From: a virus
Reading direction: 5' to 3' (one strand)
UHGV virus genome: UHGV-0079647
DNA length: 13,797 nucleotides
The position numbers and the translations under genes were made by a program. Below the pieces are notes generated by a model. That model searched no databases and had not been told where the DNA came from. It was given only the letters and a program-made list of their open reading frames with translations. Shown here piece after piece: positions 1 to 9,596 of this stretch; positions within the stretch are counted from its first letter, which is position 1; every line of letters starts with the position of its first letter.

Positions 1-70
1 CATTCTCATTTTGCGTACCGATGCCAGCCAGAAAACCACCAGAATTAATACCCTGCTGCCACGTAGCCAT
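1..70 (-). CDS. Ejection (injection) protein, gp20-like; N-terminal 23 codons only, gene continues beyond the window start
   Basis: ATG at 70..68 on the minus strand, preceded by AAGGGG with a 6-nt spacer; the frame stays open to the window edge (MATWQQGINSGGFLAGIGTQNEN...). Position immediately after gp7 matches P22 order 26-14-7-20-16. Product assigned by synteny only. Confidence 0.5.
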   Translation of the reverse strand, partial: MATWQQGINSGGFLAGIGTQNEN

Positions 71-80
71 TGATTACCCC

Positions 81-776
81 TTAATAAAGTAGTGAACCAA
101 GCAGACCGATACCAGCACCGATACCAGCACCCCACGGAGTTGATGAACCAATTAATTTCGCAAGTCCAGCCCCAGCAATGGCACCAGACGCACCTCCGCC
201 AATAGCAGATTGCATTGCTGATGGTCTGTTGGCGTTTGCCGCTGCAAGAGCCGCGCTTTGCTGTGAAATCTGACTCATGTTGTTGGCATATGTTTGCCCG
301 GCGTTTGCCTGACCTTGCAGTGCGCCAAGACCAATATTTGCCAGATTCTGGTAGTTGTTCATCTGACCAGATAGCCATTGCTGACCAAGCGTTGGTGCGA
401 TTGTTGCTAACTGATTACCGGTTGCAGTGGAACCCAATCCACCTGTTGCTTCCGCTGCAGCCAGACTCTGATAGCGAGCCTGACCAGCAAGATCTTTGTA
501 CTGCTGAGAGTTGTAATACTGGTTAAGTGCCTGACCTTGCCCTTCCAGAGACGATAAGTTCTCGAGGCTGCCGACATACTTATCAGCCAGAGGAGTAAAC
601 GGCTTCAGGTTGTTCATGATGGTGTTGAACTGCTGATTTTGCAGGTCTGCTGCATACTTCTGAGCTTCTGCGGCATACTTTGCGCTTTTATCAGAACTGC
701 CACCTTTCCCACCCTTTTCAGGGCAATAAGGTTCCTCGCCGCGCAGTTTTCTGCCCAGCTTAAATGCATATAACAT
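81..776 (-). CDS. Ejection protein gp7-like (231 aa)
   Basis: ORF with Q/N/A/G-rich low-complexity body and Gly/Ala-rich hydrophobic C-terminus; length close to P22 gp7 (229 aa as recalled) and correct synteny after the gp14-position gene. Start ATG lies 2 nt after the upstream gene's stop. Confidence 0.8.
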   Translation of the reverse strand: MLYAFKLGRKLRGEEPYCPEKGGKGGSSDKSAKYAAEAQKYAADLQNQQFNTIMNNLKPFTPLADKYVGSLENLSSLEGQGQALNQYYNSQQYKDLAGQARYQSLAAAEATGGLGSTATGNQLATIAPTLGQQWLSGQMNNYQNLANIGLGALQGQANAGQTYANNMSQISQQSAALAAANANRPSAMQSAIGGGASGAIAGAGLAKLIGSSTPWGAGIGAGIGLLGSLLY

Positions 777-778
777 GG

Positions 779-1234
779 CTATCTCCCGTGATTCAGGAAG
801 TCGATTAGTTCTTCGCGTGTGGCGCTGTAAAACGTCACGTCATCAACGCCTTTGAAGTATTTCTTGATGGTTCCTACACGCTTAAGGCCAATCATTGCGC
901 AGTACATCTGACCGTGGCGGAATTTGCGTGCAGCGAACGATGTGACGCACTGAACAGTGGTGTTAGTCAGAATGTATCGCCAGAACGCCAGCCCGATTTC
1001 CTTGCTGAAGCCGCGAATCTCTGGCAGGTACATGGCGTGGCAATCGAATGTCAGCGGCTGAATCTCCTGATAGTAAACAATGCCGCCGAACTGCCCGTGC
1101 ACGTTCACCTCAAAGTAACGGCAATCATGTTTGTAGTCGTATCCATCACCGTTGTTGCTCCCGGCAATAATGTCAGGGTGATTTCCGACTGCTTCGATCA
1201 GGTCGATGTTTCGCGTTGGTTTGAACTGAATCAT
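779..1234 (-). CDS. gp14-position protein (about 151 aa), function unclear
   Basis: ORF between the tail needle and gp7 genes, the slot occupied by gene 14 in P22. ATG at 1234..1232 overlaps the needle gene's TGA stop (TGATG); the ORF track begins one codon earlier at a GTG (1237). No motif recognised; assignment is by position. Confidence 0.6.
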   Translation of the reverse strand: MIQFKPTRNIDLIEAVGNHPDIIAGSNNGDGYDYKHDCRYFEVNVHGQFGGIVYYQEIQPLTFDCHAMYLPEIRGFSKEIGLAFWRYILTNTTVQCVTSFAARKFRHGQMYCAMIGLKRVGTIKKYFKGVDDVTFYSATREELIDFLNHGR

Positions 1235-2082
1235 CACTGCTCCGCAATGATTTTGATGGTTGTGGCAGTAAACGCCGCCCCATTTGACTGAATGGTTAAC
1301 GTACTGCCATTTGTGGCAAGAAAGCCGTCTTTATCCACGCTGAAGAACGTAGCTAACAGGATGTTGTCGGTTGTTGTCGCCGCATTACGACTGCTGACCA
1401 ACGTGTCAGGAACAGAGCCGGAAAAGGTTAGCTGCATTGACCTGTTGGCGGTTCCGCTGGGCCACGTGCCGACAATCGACAACTTGAAGAGCAGGGTTTT
1501 GTTCTCGTTGAACACAACCATCTTGTTGTTAACGGTGTCGAAGAATGGTGCCAACGAGCCTGATGACGGCGTGAGCGTTTTCAGCAGGCTAACAAGGTTG
1601 GTCGGCGCTGTCGGAATGGTTACTGATACGCCAGAGTAAACAACCTCTGACTTCTTGCGAGCAGTGGCATACTCCAGAGCATCGATGCGCGTTTCATGGT
1701 CTGAAACCTGCGACTCCAGCGACTGAACTCTGGTATCAAGCGACGCAATATCGCTTTCATTCTGAGTGATTCGTGTTTCATGTTCCTGAAGAGTTGATTC
1801 TGCCTGGCTGATTCGCTCCTCATGATTAACAAGCGTTGCTTCCGCAGCAGAAATTCTCTGCTCATGGTCAGCGAGAATCACATCCTGCTCATCATTCCTT
1901 ACCTGCGCGTCATAAGCGCCCTGTCCGGCCTCGTTGGCCTTATTCGCCACGTTACCAACATCAGTGCCCTGTGCGATAACGTACAGCAGATATGACTGCG
2001 AGAAGATATTGCGTGGAAGAACTGATGTATCGAGCCGTGTAGCCTGAATGATTACCGGCACATTGAGATTCGAATCAGCCAT
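1234..2082 (-). CDS. Tail needle protein, gp26-like, with extended C-terminal knob domain (282 aa)
   Basis: N-terminus [43 protein letters not shown] resembles the P22 gp26 N-terminal plug as recalled. Central region carries repeated H-E-x-R-I type coiled-coil units ([43 protein letters not shown]). C-terminal ~130 residues are Ser/Thr/Asn-rich and beta-like, unlike P22 gp26 (233 aa) but matching the length of Sf6/HK620-type knobbed needles. Start ATG overlaps the gp10 stop. Confidence 0.85.
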   Translation of the reverse strand: MADSNLNVPVIIQATRLDTSVLPRNIFSQSYLLYVIAQGTDVGNVANKANEAGQGAYDAQVRNDEQDVILADHEQRISAAEATLVNHEERISQAESTLQEHETRITQNESDIASLDTRVQSLESQVSDHETRIDALEYATARKKSEVVYSGVSVTIPTAPTNLVSLLKTLTPSSGSLAPFFDTVNNKMVVFNENKTLLFKLSIVGTWPSGTANRSMQLTFSGSVPDTLVSSRNAATTTDNILLATFFSVDKDGFLATNGSTLTIQSNGAAFTATTIKIIAEQ

Positions 2083-3500
2083 TACTCAATCCTTATCTGG
2101 CAGCCTGACAGAGTGACAGGTGACTTCGTGATAACGCGCAATTTGAAGCCGACATTTTTTCTGATGCGCCCTACTCGCTTCCACAAAACACGTTTGTCGT
2201 AAACGAACGGTTCATTCTGCTCAATCATCTGCTCACGCCCGTAATTGATGCCGTCAGTGGTTGCAGAGAGGAACAGGCGGTCGGCGTACTGAGCTACGCC
2301 AGTGGATGATTCCACCTCCAGATCGAAGCATCTGGCGTTATCCGCTTTGAACAGTGGAGTAAACAGCAGGTGTTCCTGTTGCTTGTCGTACTGGCTGCTG
2401 ATGTCGAATTGCAATTTCCCGGTCACGGATTCCAGCTTATCGCCGCACGTTATCTGATTGCCTTCGTAAATGAAATCGATAGCGCGGTACACATCGTCAT
2501 ACAGGTCTGTTTTCAGCACACACCATTGCGGACCATTGGCACTTGAAGATGCGTCGTACACGAGTACATGGCGCGGAAGGTGGATAATCAGCAGCTCATG
2601 AGCATCAAACCGCAGCGATTCCATCACACCATCAGCCAGTTCATCAGCAGTGTAGGAGCGGAGAATTTTCTCAATGCTCGCGCTGGCGATTGGTGACACC
2701 TGACCGGAGCCGATGATATATACAGACGGTGCACCTGTTGCCGGATTGCTGATGAAAGCATAGGAATCAGCAAACGGCGTTTTGCAGTAAGTCCCGGCGA
2801 TGCCTTTTTGCACCATCAGTGATGGCTGCGCGACATACAAAGCAGCACCAACGGTGGTTGCGCCAGTCAGGGAGAAATATTCAATAGTCGATGAACCAAA
2901 GCAGACGATGAAGTCTCGCCATGTTCCGATGCCGAGGATACCGTCCGGCTGCGATTCTGCGCGATATTGTGCGCTGTAACGGTCAGGATGCGATTCGTCT
3001 TCAAGGTCAGTGATAAACCATGAATCAGAGCCGTCTTTTGACCACGCATAACGCCCACGTAAGCGCGTAATGTCACGAACAGAACCTAACTCATACTGAG
3101 TGAATCCGCTGTCTGTAGGCCAGTTTGAGACGGTTTTAACCGTGCCATCATAACGATACTCGACCAGTTTCCCGTTAACGCCTACCGCCTGTGATGTCCG
3201 ACCATGCGCCATTGATACACGACCACTTCCGGCGACGTCACCGACTTCGCTTTCGCCTTTGTAGAGCTTGCCGCCACACACGCGATAAACAGCACTCTGC
3301 GCCATGTTGTACTCGACGCCTCGAGATATACCGTTCACATCAGAACGTTTGGCAATGCCCGGGAATGAGCGAAGATATCCGCTGCTGTTAAGGATTTCTT
3401 TGGGTGTAGCCAACATATTCACTGGTAGATAGTCGATATAGTCGGCATTTCGGAAGTCTTTGCCGACACCTTTCATGAGCGGAAGTTGCTGAATCGGCAT
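2082..3500 (-). CDS. Tail accessory / head completion protein gp10-like (472 aa)
   Basis: Same length as P22 gp10 (472 aa as recalled) and correct synteny between gp4 and the needle gene; start ATG overlaps the gp4 stop (TAATG). Confidence 0.85.
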   Translation of the reverse strand: MPIQQLPLMKGVGKDFRNADYIDYLPVNMLATPKEILNSSGYLRSFPGIAKRSDVNGISRGVEYNMAQSAVYRVCGGKLYKGESEVGDVAGSGRVSMAHGRTSQAVGVNGKLVEYRYDGTVKTVSNWPTDSGFTQYELGSVRDITRLRGRYAWSKDGSDSWFITDLEDESHPDRYSAQYRAESQPDGILGIGTWRDFIVCFGSSTIEYFSLTGATTVGAALYVAQPSLMVQKGIAGTYCKTPFADSYAFISNPATGAPSVYIIGSGQVSPIASASIEKILRSYTADELADGVMESLRFDAHELLIIHLPRHVLVYDASSSANGPQWCVLKTDLYDDVYRAIDFIYEGNQITCGDKLESVTGKLQFDISSQYDKQQEHLLFTPLFKADNARCFDLEVESSTGVAQYADRLFLSATTDGINYGREQMIEQNEPFVYDKRVLWKRVGRIRKNVGFKLRVITKSPVTLSGCQIRIE

Positions 3501-4000
3501 TATTCGCTCCCGTTATCGCAAGGTTCCTTTCGGTGGAAGTAATTCCAACCGTTCCACTTCGCCAACTGGTTACCGCTACCAACAGGCATACGGTTTGGAT
3601 AACCGGACTTACATTTAGCGGCTTTTGCTCTGTCCATTGCAGACAGTTTGACGAGTCGCTCTTTCCCGTATCTGGCAGTGGTTATAAGTTTTGCAGGCGC
3701 TTCCAGCGCATAATCCGGTGCAATGCGGCAGGCAAGGTTGAAAATGACAGCATTGATAGCGTTATTTGATAAACCGTGCTCATCGCCCGGATCTGGAGCG
3801 ACATCTGCATCAGCGAAAATGTAGCCAACGTTGATACCAGGTGACACATCACCGCCAAGCCATTCAGCCATCATCATTTCAAGGTCGTTGACGCCGTCTT
3901 CCATAGACTGCGGTTCGACATCGGTTAACGTGGCATTTGATGCCACACCGAGCTTACGTAATGCCGCAAGAACTAAATCACCCTTCGTTGTCAGGTTCAT
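3500..4000 (-). CDS. Tail adaptor / head completion protein gp4-like (166 aa)
   Basis: Taken from the internal ATG at 4000..3998 ([33 protein letters not shown]...), which gives the 166-aa length of P22 gp4 and a similar N-terminal sequence as recalled. The 24 codons upstream in the ORF track overlap the preceding ORF and are probably not translated. Confidence 0.85.
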   Translation of the reverse strand: MNLTTKGDLVLAALRKLGVASNATLTDVEPQSMEDGVNDLEMMMAEWLGGDVSPGINVGYIFADADVAPDPGDEHGLSNNAINAVIFNLACRIAPDYALEAPAKLITTARYGKERLVKLSAMDRAKAAKCKSGYPNRMPVGSGNQLAKWNGWNYFHRKEPCDNGSE

Positions 4001-4577
4001 CTGCTGCCGCCTTAGGTTTTCGACCAGGCTTTTTACGCTGTTTTTCTTCTGGCTCTGACTCCGGCTCTGCAATAGCCGGACGCAAACTCAGGAGTCGTCC
4101 AAGAACATCATTTGCTTCATGACCATCCCACTCTTTCCCGAACTCAAGCTCAGTACCTTCAGGAAGGAACTCGATTTCTTCAACAGGTAGGTGATAAGTG
4201 ATTTCGCCTTCTGGAGTGGTGATACCAGCAATGATCCAGCCATCCCACTCTTCACCGTCACTGTGTTTGCGAGACCACCACGAAAGCTCAGCGTAAGCAT
4301 GCATCAGCGATGAGAAGAGTCGCACTCGGTGAGCGTAAAGCTCGTTAAAAGTGTGATAACCGTCGGACACTTCGCCCATATCAACTGGGGAAGTTTCACC
4401 TCCGCCAACACTCCCAATTTGATCACCAACAAGAGGATCATCAGGAACATCGTCAGGGTGCTTATACCAGCCATTTGCTAAGTGCACAGCTACATCATCA
4501 GGATCAACGGTTTTCGTTTTCAGCTTGCGTCCCCAGATTTTGGTATCTCCGCCAGCCTGAAAAATCATTACGCTCAT
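3978..4577 (-). CDS. Hypothetical accessory protein (199 aa) between coat and gp4; acidic, Trp-rich body with a Pro/Lys/Glu-rich C-terminal tail
   Basis: Start placed at ATG 4577..4575 ([15 protein letters not shown]...) because GGAGA sits 5 to 6 nt upstream and the longer 259-aa track ORF would run through the coat 3' end and the terminator hairpin. Ends with ...[29 protein letters not shown]. Overlaps the gp4 start by 23 nt in another frame. No domain recognised. Confidence 0.6.
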   Translation of the reverse strand: MSVMIFQAGGDTKIWGRKLKTKTVDPDDVAVHLANGWYKHPDDVPDDPLVGDQIGSVGGGETSPVDMGEVSDGYHTFNELYAHRVRLFSSLMHAYAELSWWSRKHSDGEEWDGWIIAGITTPEGEITYHLPVEEIEFLPEGTELEFGKEWDGHEANDVLGRLLSLRPAIAEPESEPEEKQRKKPGRKPKAAADEPDNEG

Positions 4578-4590
4578 TGGTATCTCCAAT

Positions 4591-4612
4591 AGAAAAGGGA
4601 GCCGAAGCTCCC
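4591..4612 (-). terminator. Rho-independent terminator/attenuator hairpin immediately downstream of the coat gene
   Basis: On the minus strand: GGGAGC-UUCG-GCUCCC (perfect 6-bp GC-rich stem, UUCG tetraloop) followed by UUUUCU, 8 nt after the coat TGA stop and directly before the SD of the next ORF. Confidence 0.6.
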
Positions 4613-4620
4613 TCTGGTTA

Positions 4621-5916
4621 TCACGCGGTCTGGTTAGGCAGACCAACACCAATTGCCTCTGGTCGTACAGCACATGCTGAATACCACACAGCAATACGGC
4701 ACTTACCAGACAGAGTATTGATATCACCCTGCGTTGCGAAGATGCCGTTAACACCAATACCAGGAATGCTGAAGGAAGACGTTTTCATACCAGCAAACAG
4801 TTCATGGGTTACCGGGATCGGCTGAGACAGCAGACGGATTGAGTCATCAGCCCAGAACACGTTAGCGGTGGTTGTTGCCACGTTCAGAACGTTTACCGGA
4901 GTGGTATCAGCAAGAGAGGTGTTTACGTTAGCGTAAGCCTTCTCTTCTTTTGTCAGTGACGCGTCATCCAGTGCAATCGGCTTCGGCGTGATTTCGATGT
5001 GAGTACCATCGATCACACGGGTGATTGAGAAAGTCGCATCATCAGTCAGCACGTTCTTCGCCATCTGAGACAGGAATTTCACACCAGTGAAACTGATTTT
5101 GTCGCCGCGCTTAAATCCGGTGGTGGAGGATACGGTCACCGTTGCAACACGGTTGTCGACGTTCTCTTTGTTACCATCGGTATCAAGGGTGTATGCCTGC
5201 GGCTTAAACTTCTGCTCACCAGAAACAGTTACACCAGTAGCGGTTGACTTGGTAACTGCCGGAAGTTTCGGTGAGCGAAGAATTTCATCAAAGCCAGCAA
5301 TCTGACGCTGAATAGTACCGTTGCGATACGCTTCTTCAGGAACGCGCCCAAAGATGTCTCCATCTACCAGGTTGCGGCCTGCTTTGCGGTAATCGTCAGG
5401 GTTCAGGAAGTAACTGATGCCCATATCGCGGTTTAGCTCACGGGAGAACATCAGGCGCTCTGCATCAGACACAAAATCCCAGCCAGACAGGCCAGTAGAT
5501 GGACCAATTGCGCGGGTATCGTGAACAACAAGTGAGCCCATTTCGGTTGCCTGTTTGGCAATTGCTGACTCAATGTTATTCGCCAGTTTTTTGGCGGATG
5601 CCTGGATGCGGCGACGGTAAGAACGCTCATCACGCAGGTCATCTGCACGAAGCTCGAAGAAATCGTTATCCGGATCACCCATGTTGCATTTCACGGAGAG
5701 TTCCAGAATCCCAGTAGCTTTGCCAGTTAAATCCCAGCCAGTCTGAGTTGGCGCTTCCTGCTCAACAGGCATCCACACGGTGTTGCTTGAACGCTGCATG
5801 GATTCTGCCGGAGGGGTGTATTTTGTCACTTTGGACGCCATTGGCGTCAGGTTCTGGACGGTTTCGATGATTTCATCGATAGCGTAAGTAACTAACTGCC
5901 CTTCTTTGAGAGTCAT
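4621..5916 (-). CDS. Major capsid (coat) protein gp5-like (431 aa), HK97-fold coat of P22 type
   Basis: Length (P22 coat is 430 aa as recalled) and strong recalled similarity along the protein (e.g. ...[15 protein letters not shown]..., ...[20 protein letters not shown]..., ...[34 protein letters not shown]..., C-terminal ...[15 protein letters not shown]). Synteny after scaffold. Confidence 0.95.
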   Translation of the reverse strand: MTLKEGQLVTYAIDEIIETVQNLTPMASKVTKYTPPAESMQRSSNTVWMPVEQEAPTQTGWDLTGKATGILELSVKCNMGDPDNDFFELRADDLRDERSYRRRIQASAKKLANNIESAIAKQATEMGSLVVHDTRAIGPSTGLSGWDFVSDAERLMFSRELNRDMGISYFLNPDDYRKAGRNLVDGDIFGRVPEEAYRNGTIQRQIAGFDEILRSPKLPAVTKSTATGVTVSGEQKFKPQAYTLDTDGNKENVDNRVATVTVSSTTGFKRGDKISFTGVKFLSQMAKNVLTDDATFSITRVIDGTHIEITPKPIALDDASLTKEEKAYANVNTSLADTTPVNVLNVATTTANVFWADDSIRLLSQPIPVTHELFAGMKTSSFSIPGIGVNGIFATQGDINTLSGKCRIAVWYSACAVRPEAIGVGLPNQTA

Positions 5917-5942
5917 ATATTGAATACCTTACTTTCTTTATG

Positions 5943-5951
5943 TGCTATACT
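5943..5951 (+). promoter_or_regulatory. Candidate extended -10 promoter element (TGcTATACT) for the plus-strand HNH gene
   Basis: TGnTATACT-like motif in the AT-rich 67-bp spacer, about 33 to 40 nt upstream of the HNH start codons. No well-spaced -35 found (TTGAAT at 5920..5925 is 20 nt away). Sequence-only prediction. Confidence 0.25.
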
Positions 5952-5983
5952 ATTGTTATATCAACATATAGCGCATTAGGGTT

Positions 5984-6505
5984 ATGAGCATGGAACTGAA
6001 TGAATACTTCGAATACCGCGATGGTTCTTTGGTTTGGAAAGCCAGAAGCTCTGAATTTTTCAACAACAAAAAGAATCGCAACTATCACAACGTTTGGAAT
6101 GCAAAACACGCTGGGAAAGTTGCTGGTCTTTTAGAAAGCAATGGATATATCCGCATAAGAATTAACGGCATTAAGTGGCTAGCACACCGCATCGTATGGG
6201 TAATGTTTAACGGAGATATTCCAGAAGGCATGGAAATTGACCATATAAATGGGATTCGCCACGACAACAGAATTGAAAATCTTCGTCTTGTGAAAAAATC
6301 AGCAAACCAAAGGAATAGAATCAAACTATCTAAAAATAACTCCAGCGGAATATCTGGAGTTTACTTTTGCAACACGCGGAAAAGATGGATCGCGCATAAG
6401 CGACTGCTTAATGCAAGAGTGCAAAAAGTATGTTCTTCATTCGAAGAGGCGAAAGAAGTAATCAGAAAGTTTGACGAGGAAAACAACATCACGATATCGA
6501 AATAA
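5984..6505 (+). CDS. HNH-family homing-endonuclease-like protein (HNH_3 type core with an AP2-like C-terminal DNA-binding region), about 171 to 173 aa
   Basis: Only convincing plus-strand gene. Contains HRIVWVMFNGDIPEGMEIDHINGIRHDNRIENLRLVKKSANQRN, matching the His-Asn-His core and conserved Asn of HNH_3 endonucleases, followed by SGISGVYFCNTRKRWIAHK, an AP2-like motif. Gene is visibly AT-rich with AGA/ATA codons, unlike its flanks. Start may be the second ATG at 5990 (AGGG lies 8 nt upstream of it). Confidence 0.85.
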   Translation: MSMELNEYFEYRDGSLVWKARSSEFFNNKKNRNYHNVWNAKHAGKVAGLLESNGYIRIRINGIKWLAHRIVWVMFNGDIPEGMEIDHINGIRHDNRIENLRLVKKSANQRNRIKLSKNNSSGISGVYFCNTRKRWIAHKRLLNARVQKVCSSFEEAKEVIRKFDEENNITISK

Positions 6506-7417
6506 TTATCGAATTCCTTTATTCAGTTGCGCCTTGAGCTTGCGGTACGTCTCTACATCCCCTTTGTTTGCTGCCGCCTCCATCTGCTTTTCAATCGCAG
6601 AGATATTTGCAGCAACAGCGTGTCCCTGAATGGGTTCATCAGGTAGCGGGGCTTCTGAAACAGGTTTGGCTCGAGGCTTGAGAGTTAAACGTTCTGACAG
6701 TCGAGTGAGTTCAATCAACGCGGATTGCCCGTCCATCGCCAGCAACTGGCGTGTTTTTTCAGGATTAGCACCAAGGTGATACATGAGAGCAGCGGATTTC
6801 TCCGGGAAGAGGCGCATGATGTCGGCACCGACTGCTGGCGGCACCAGTTGCATGAATGCATCCTCTTTCTCCTGATAGTCAGGGATATTGAGCTTTTCCG
6901 CTGCGTCGTAGTGCTTACGGGCTGCCTCGACGTATTGCGCTGATTGCTGGGTGAACTCCTGAGTTTTGCGACCCTGCTCGGCGACAGCCTGGCTTCGTGC
7001 GTCCATAGCCTTGATCTGCCATTCACTGTTTGCCTGCTGGAAGGCAGCCAGTGCGCGGCTCTGGTCATAGTCGTACTTAGCCAGTGCATCTTCGGAAAGA
7101 TAATCGTTAGGGTCTGGTTGTTTTGGTAACTCAGGGTTCACCCGCAGGTGCTCCGGCAACTCTCCACGCTTAACCGCTTCCATCTGCTGCTCAAGCTCAC
7201 GCTGGCGTTTGCGTTCGATGCGGCGACGGGCAAATTCAGCATTAGTTGCCGGGTCTTGTTTTGGTTTCTCATCGTCTTTCAGGACAATCTCGAAGCCTTC
7301 TTCCTGACCTGCGTTGTCGTTGGCATTATCGACAACTAAGCCATCAGCAGATGCCGCTGCATGATTGCCGGGCATGGTTAATTCTTCAGAAGCCTGAATG
7401 TCGGTGGTTTGGTCCAT
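6506..7417 (-). CDS. Scaffolding protein gp8-like (303 aa)
   Basis: Same length as P22 gp8 (303 aa as recalled); charged, helical, Glu/Lys/Arg/Gln-rich sequence; recalled similarity including the C-terminal coat-binding helix-turn-helix (...[17 protein letters not shown]). Synteny between portal and coat. Confidence 0.9.
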   Translation of the reverse strand: MDQTTDIQASEELTMPGNHAAASADGLVVDNANDNAGQEEGFEIVLKDDEKPKQDPATNAEFARRRIERKRQRELEQQMEAVKRGELPEHLRVNPELPKQPDPNDYLSEDALAKYDYDQSRALAAFQQANSEWQIKAMDARSQAVAEQGRKTQEFTQQSAQYVEAARKHYDAAEKLNIPDYQEKEDAFMQLVPPAVGADIMRLFPEKSAALMYHLGANPEKTRQLLAMDGQSALIELTRLSERLTLKPRAKPVSEAPLPDEPIQGHAVAANISAIEKQMEAAANKGDVETYRKLKAQLNKGIR

Positions 7418-7430
7418 GGTTAACTCTCTC

Positions 7431-9596
7431 TTATTGAGGTGTCTCGGCTACTCCGCCGGAGGGGATTTGAACTTGACGCATAAGATTCGCGAAATCCATG
7501 CGTTGTGAATGAGTCTGGTCTGCATCTTTAAGAAGCAGCTCAGCGTTAGCACGAGCATCTTTGCTGCGCTGTTGCTGGAATTGACCTACGAGCTTGAGGT
7601 ACTCACGCAGTTCTGCCTGCTTGTCGAGGTCCATATTGTTGAAGATTTCCGCAATCTTCGCGGCGTTGAGTTGGTTTTGGGCTTCAACCTTGGCGGCTTC
7701 AACCTGAATCTGCGCCTGTTGGTTCTCTGCCTTGAGCAATTCAGCCTGACCTTGCAGAAGGATACCCTGCGCCTGAATTTGCTCTGCTGATGGCTGCTGC
7801 GGCTGCTGTTGAGCCTGCTGTACCATCTCCATCTCTTCAGGTGTTTCTGGTTTCTTCAGCCCCATCATCACCAGTTGCTTGTTCGCGTACTCTCGCATCA
7901 TCTCGACGCCTTTACCGTCAAGCAGCGTGAAGTATTGCAGCATCAGCATCTGGAACTCTGGAGTACCTTGTGGAACCTTGGTGAGTAACTCCTGAATCTC
8001 TGCGCGGTTCTGTTCCTTCATACTCTGGAAGGATGGTCCAACGTCTGTATAGCACTCATAGCGACCGCGAATGTCGTTGAGTGTGACCACATTGCCGGAC
8101 TGGTAATCTACAACTTGCGCGTAGAGTTGAACGTCTTTCTCGCTTCCGTCTTCAAGAGTCAGCGTTACATGGCGAGGAACGTCATAAATATCGTTGACCA
8201 TTGAGGCATAAATCTCGCCATCACGTCGCATTGCGGTAGCCAGGTTATCCTGAAACACGTATGTCTCAAGGTCTGCCCGCATGTTCAGTTGATTGACGGT
8301 ATCGAAAGCGACCTGACCATTTGCCGCCTGCGCATCCACGCCAAGACTAGCTACCTCTTTCACTGCGTTGGTGGCAGCCTCAAGCATGTAAGCGTTGGCT
8401 TGCGGCACTTCAGGGTTTTCCATGTAGGAGATTGGACCAATCGGCAGGTCGTTACCGTTTTCATCGGTCTTGTTCTGCAGATAGTACGGATAGTCATCAT
8501 TTCCTCCGTACATGTATTCGTAGCCTTCGATTTGCTCAGGGAAGAAGGTCGGTTTCTTCTTCGGTGAACGAGCAACGATATCGGCGTTGAATGACATGAT
8601 CATGTTACGAAGGCGTTGACCGTCTTTCGTCAGCCTTACCACTCCTTCGTAGCACTCCTTGTCACCAGCGAATGACCATTCGCCGTACACTGGAACGATT
8701 GGGATATGCTCTCCAGCTATCTTCTCGCGGTCTTTCAGTATCTGCGTGCAGGTGATGATCGACTTATACACACGCCGACGCTTGACCTTACGCTCTGCTA
8801 CCTTAATGAATCCACGATTAGCCAGGTCGTCGATGACGTCTTTGATATCCTGCTGGAAATAGCTGACCGGCTCACCTGTCAGCGGGTCGCGGTAGATGAA
8901 GACTTTCTCCTTCTTCTCTTCTACCTCGTAATACTCAGCGACGTAGACGACATCATTCGATACCCACGGAAACAGCCATGTATCGTTCGGATTCTGGAAA
9001 GATGGCAAGGTATCCGGATCAATACCGTAATCCTCTGCGAACTCTTTCCAGCCATTGCGTGACAAAGCGTTAATCACCGTGCAGTGCTTAGCGTCGCTCT
9101 TATCCATCTGCTTGCTGTTGGCGTCCCATATGACGTGTGAGCAGGCTTCATGAATTGGCAGGCGTCGAATTACCTGATTGTTGCTTGTTGGATCGTTGTC
9201 TTCGTACTGCGTGACCAGACGCCATGCACCAACGCCGGACTCTATCTGCTCACGAACGCCAACGTTAACGGCAATTTTTGCCGTGTTATGGCGCATATCA
9301 GTACGATACATCCCCATCAGCACATCGGCAGCATCAGGATTAGCGCCGTCTTTGGGTCGGAAGAGAACGTCGATAGGGTTCCGGCGCATCTCTGCGACCA
9401 GTTTCCTGACCACCGGGCGAACAACATCGAATTGTCCACGATATTGCAGGGTGGTGTAGTTTGATAGCCAGTCATCCCATTGCGACACTCGGCTAAAATA
9501 CAGGTCATTTGTCGCCTCGGTTCTGGCTTCATCGCTCGCCATCCAGTCCGCGTCAAACTTACACAGAATGGAATTGAGTCTGTTTTCGTCGGCCAT
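7431..9596 (-). CDS. Portal protein gp1-like (721 aa)
   Basis: Strong recalled similarity to P22 portal over the whole length ([38 protein letters not shown]..., ...[33 protein letters not shown]...), including the long Gln-rich C-terminal helical barrel. Start ATG immediately follows the terL stop (TAAATG). Confidence 0.95.
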   Translation of the reverse strand: MADENRLNSILCKFDADWMASDEARTEATNDLYFSRVSQWDDWLSNYTTLQYRGQFDVVRPVVRKLVAEMRRNPIDVLFRPKDGANPDAADVLMGMYRTDMRHNTAKIAVNVGVREQIESGVGAWRLVTQYEDNDPTSNNQVIRRLPIHEACSHVIWDANSKQMDKSDAKHCTVINALSRNGWKEFAEDYGIDPDTLPSFQNPNDTWLFPWVSNDVVYVAEYYEVEEKKEKVFIYRDPLTGEPVSYFQQDIKDVIDDLANRGFIKVAERKVKRRRVYKSIITCTQILKDREKIAGEHIPIVPVYGEWSFAGDKECYEGVVRLTKDGQRLRNMIMSFNADIVARSPKKKPTFFPEQIEGYEYMYGGNDDYPYYLQNKTDENGNDLPIGPISYMENPEVPQANAYMLEAATNAVKEVASLGVDAQAANGQVAFDTVNQLNMRADLETYVFQDNLATAMRRDGEIYASMVNDIYDVPRHVTLTLEDGSEKDVQLYAQVVDYQSGNVVTLNDIRGRYECYTDVGPSFQSMKEQNRAEIQELLTKVPQGTPEFQMLMLQYFTLLDGKGVEMMREYANKQLVMMGLKKPETPEEMEMVQQAQQQPQQPSAEQIQAQGILLQGQAELLKAENQQAQIQVEAAKVEAQNQLNAAKIAEIFNNMDLDKQAELREYLKLVGQFQQQRSKDARANAELLLKDADQTHSQRMDFANLMRQVQIPSGGVAETPQ

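Noticed and set aside
215-1639. Several plus-strand ORFs (215..526, 914..1291, 1292..1639) opposite gp7, the gp14-position gene and the needle gene
   Set aside because: All are antisense to well-supported minus-strand genes with coherent synteny and tight coupling; no independent support.
3500-4072. 190-aa extended version of gp4
   Set aside because: The 24-codon N-terminal extension overlaps the preceding ORF and is Ser/Gln/Lys-rich; the internal ATG at 4000 reproduces the canonical 166-aa gp4 length and N-terminus.
3978-4757. Full-length 259-aa version of the ORF downstream of coat
   Set aside because: Its first 60 codons overlap the coat 3' end and run through the terminator hairpin; an internal ATG at 4577 with a GGAGA SD is the more plausible start.
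6715-7089. 124-aa minus-strand ORF in an alternative frame inside the scaffold gene, and 81-aa ORF (1620..1865) inside the needle gene
   Set aside because: Alternative-frame ORFs embedded in strongly supported genes, with Arg/Ser-rich composition typical of out-of-frame translation; unlike Rz1 they lack signal peptide, lipobox or SD evidence.
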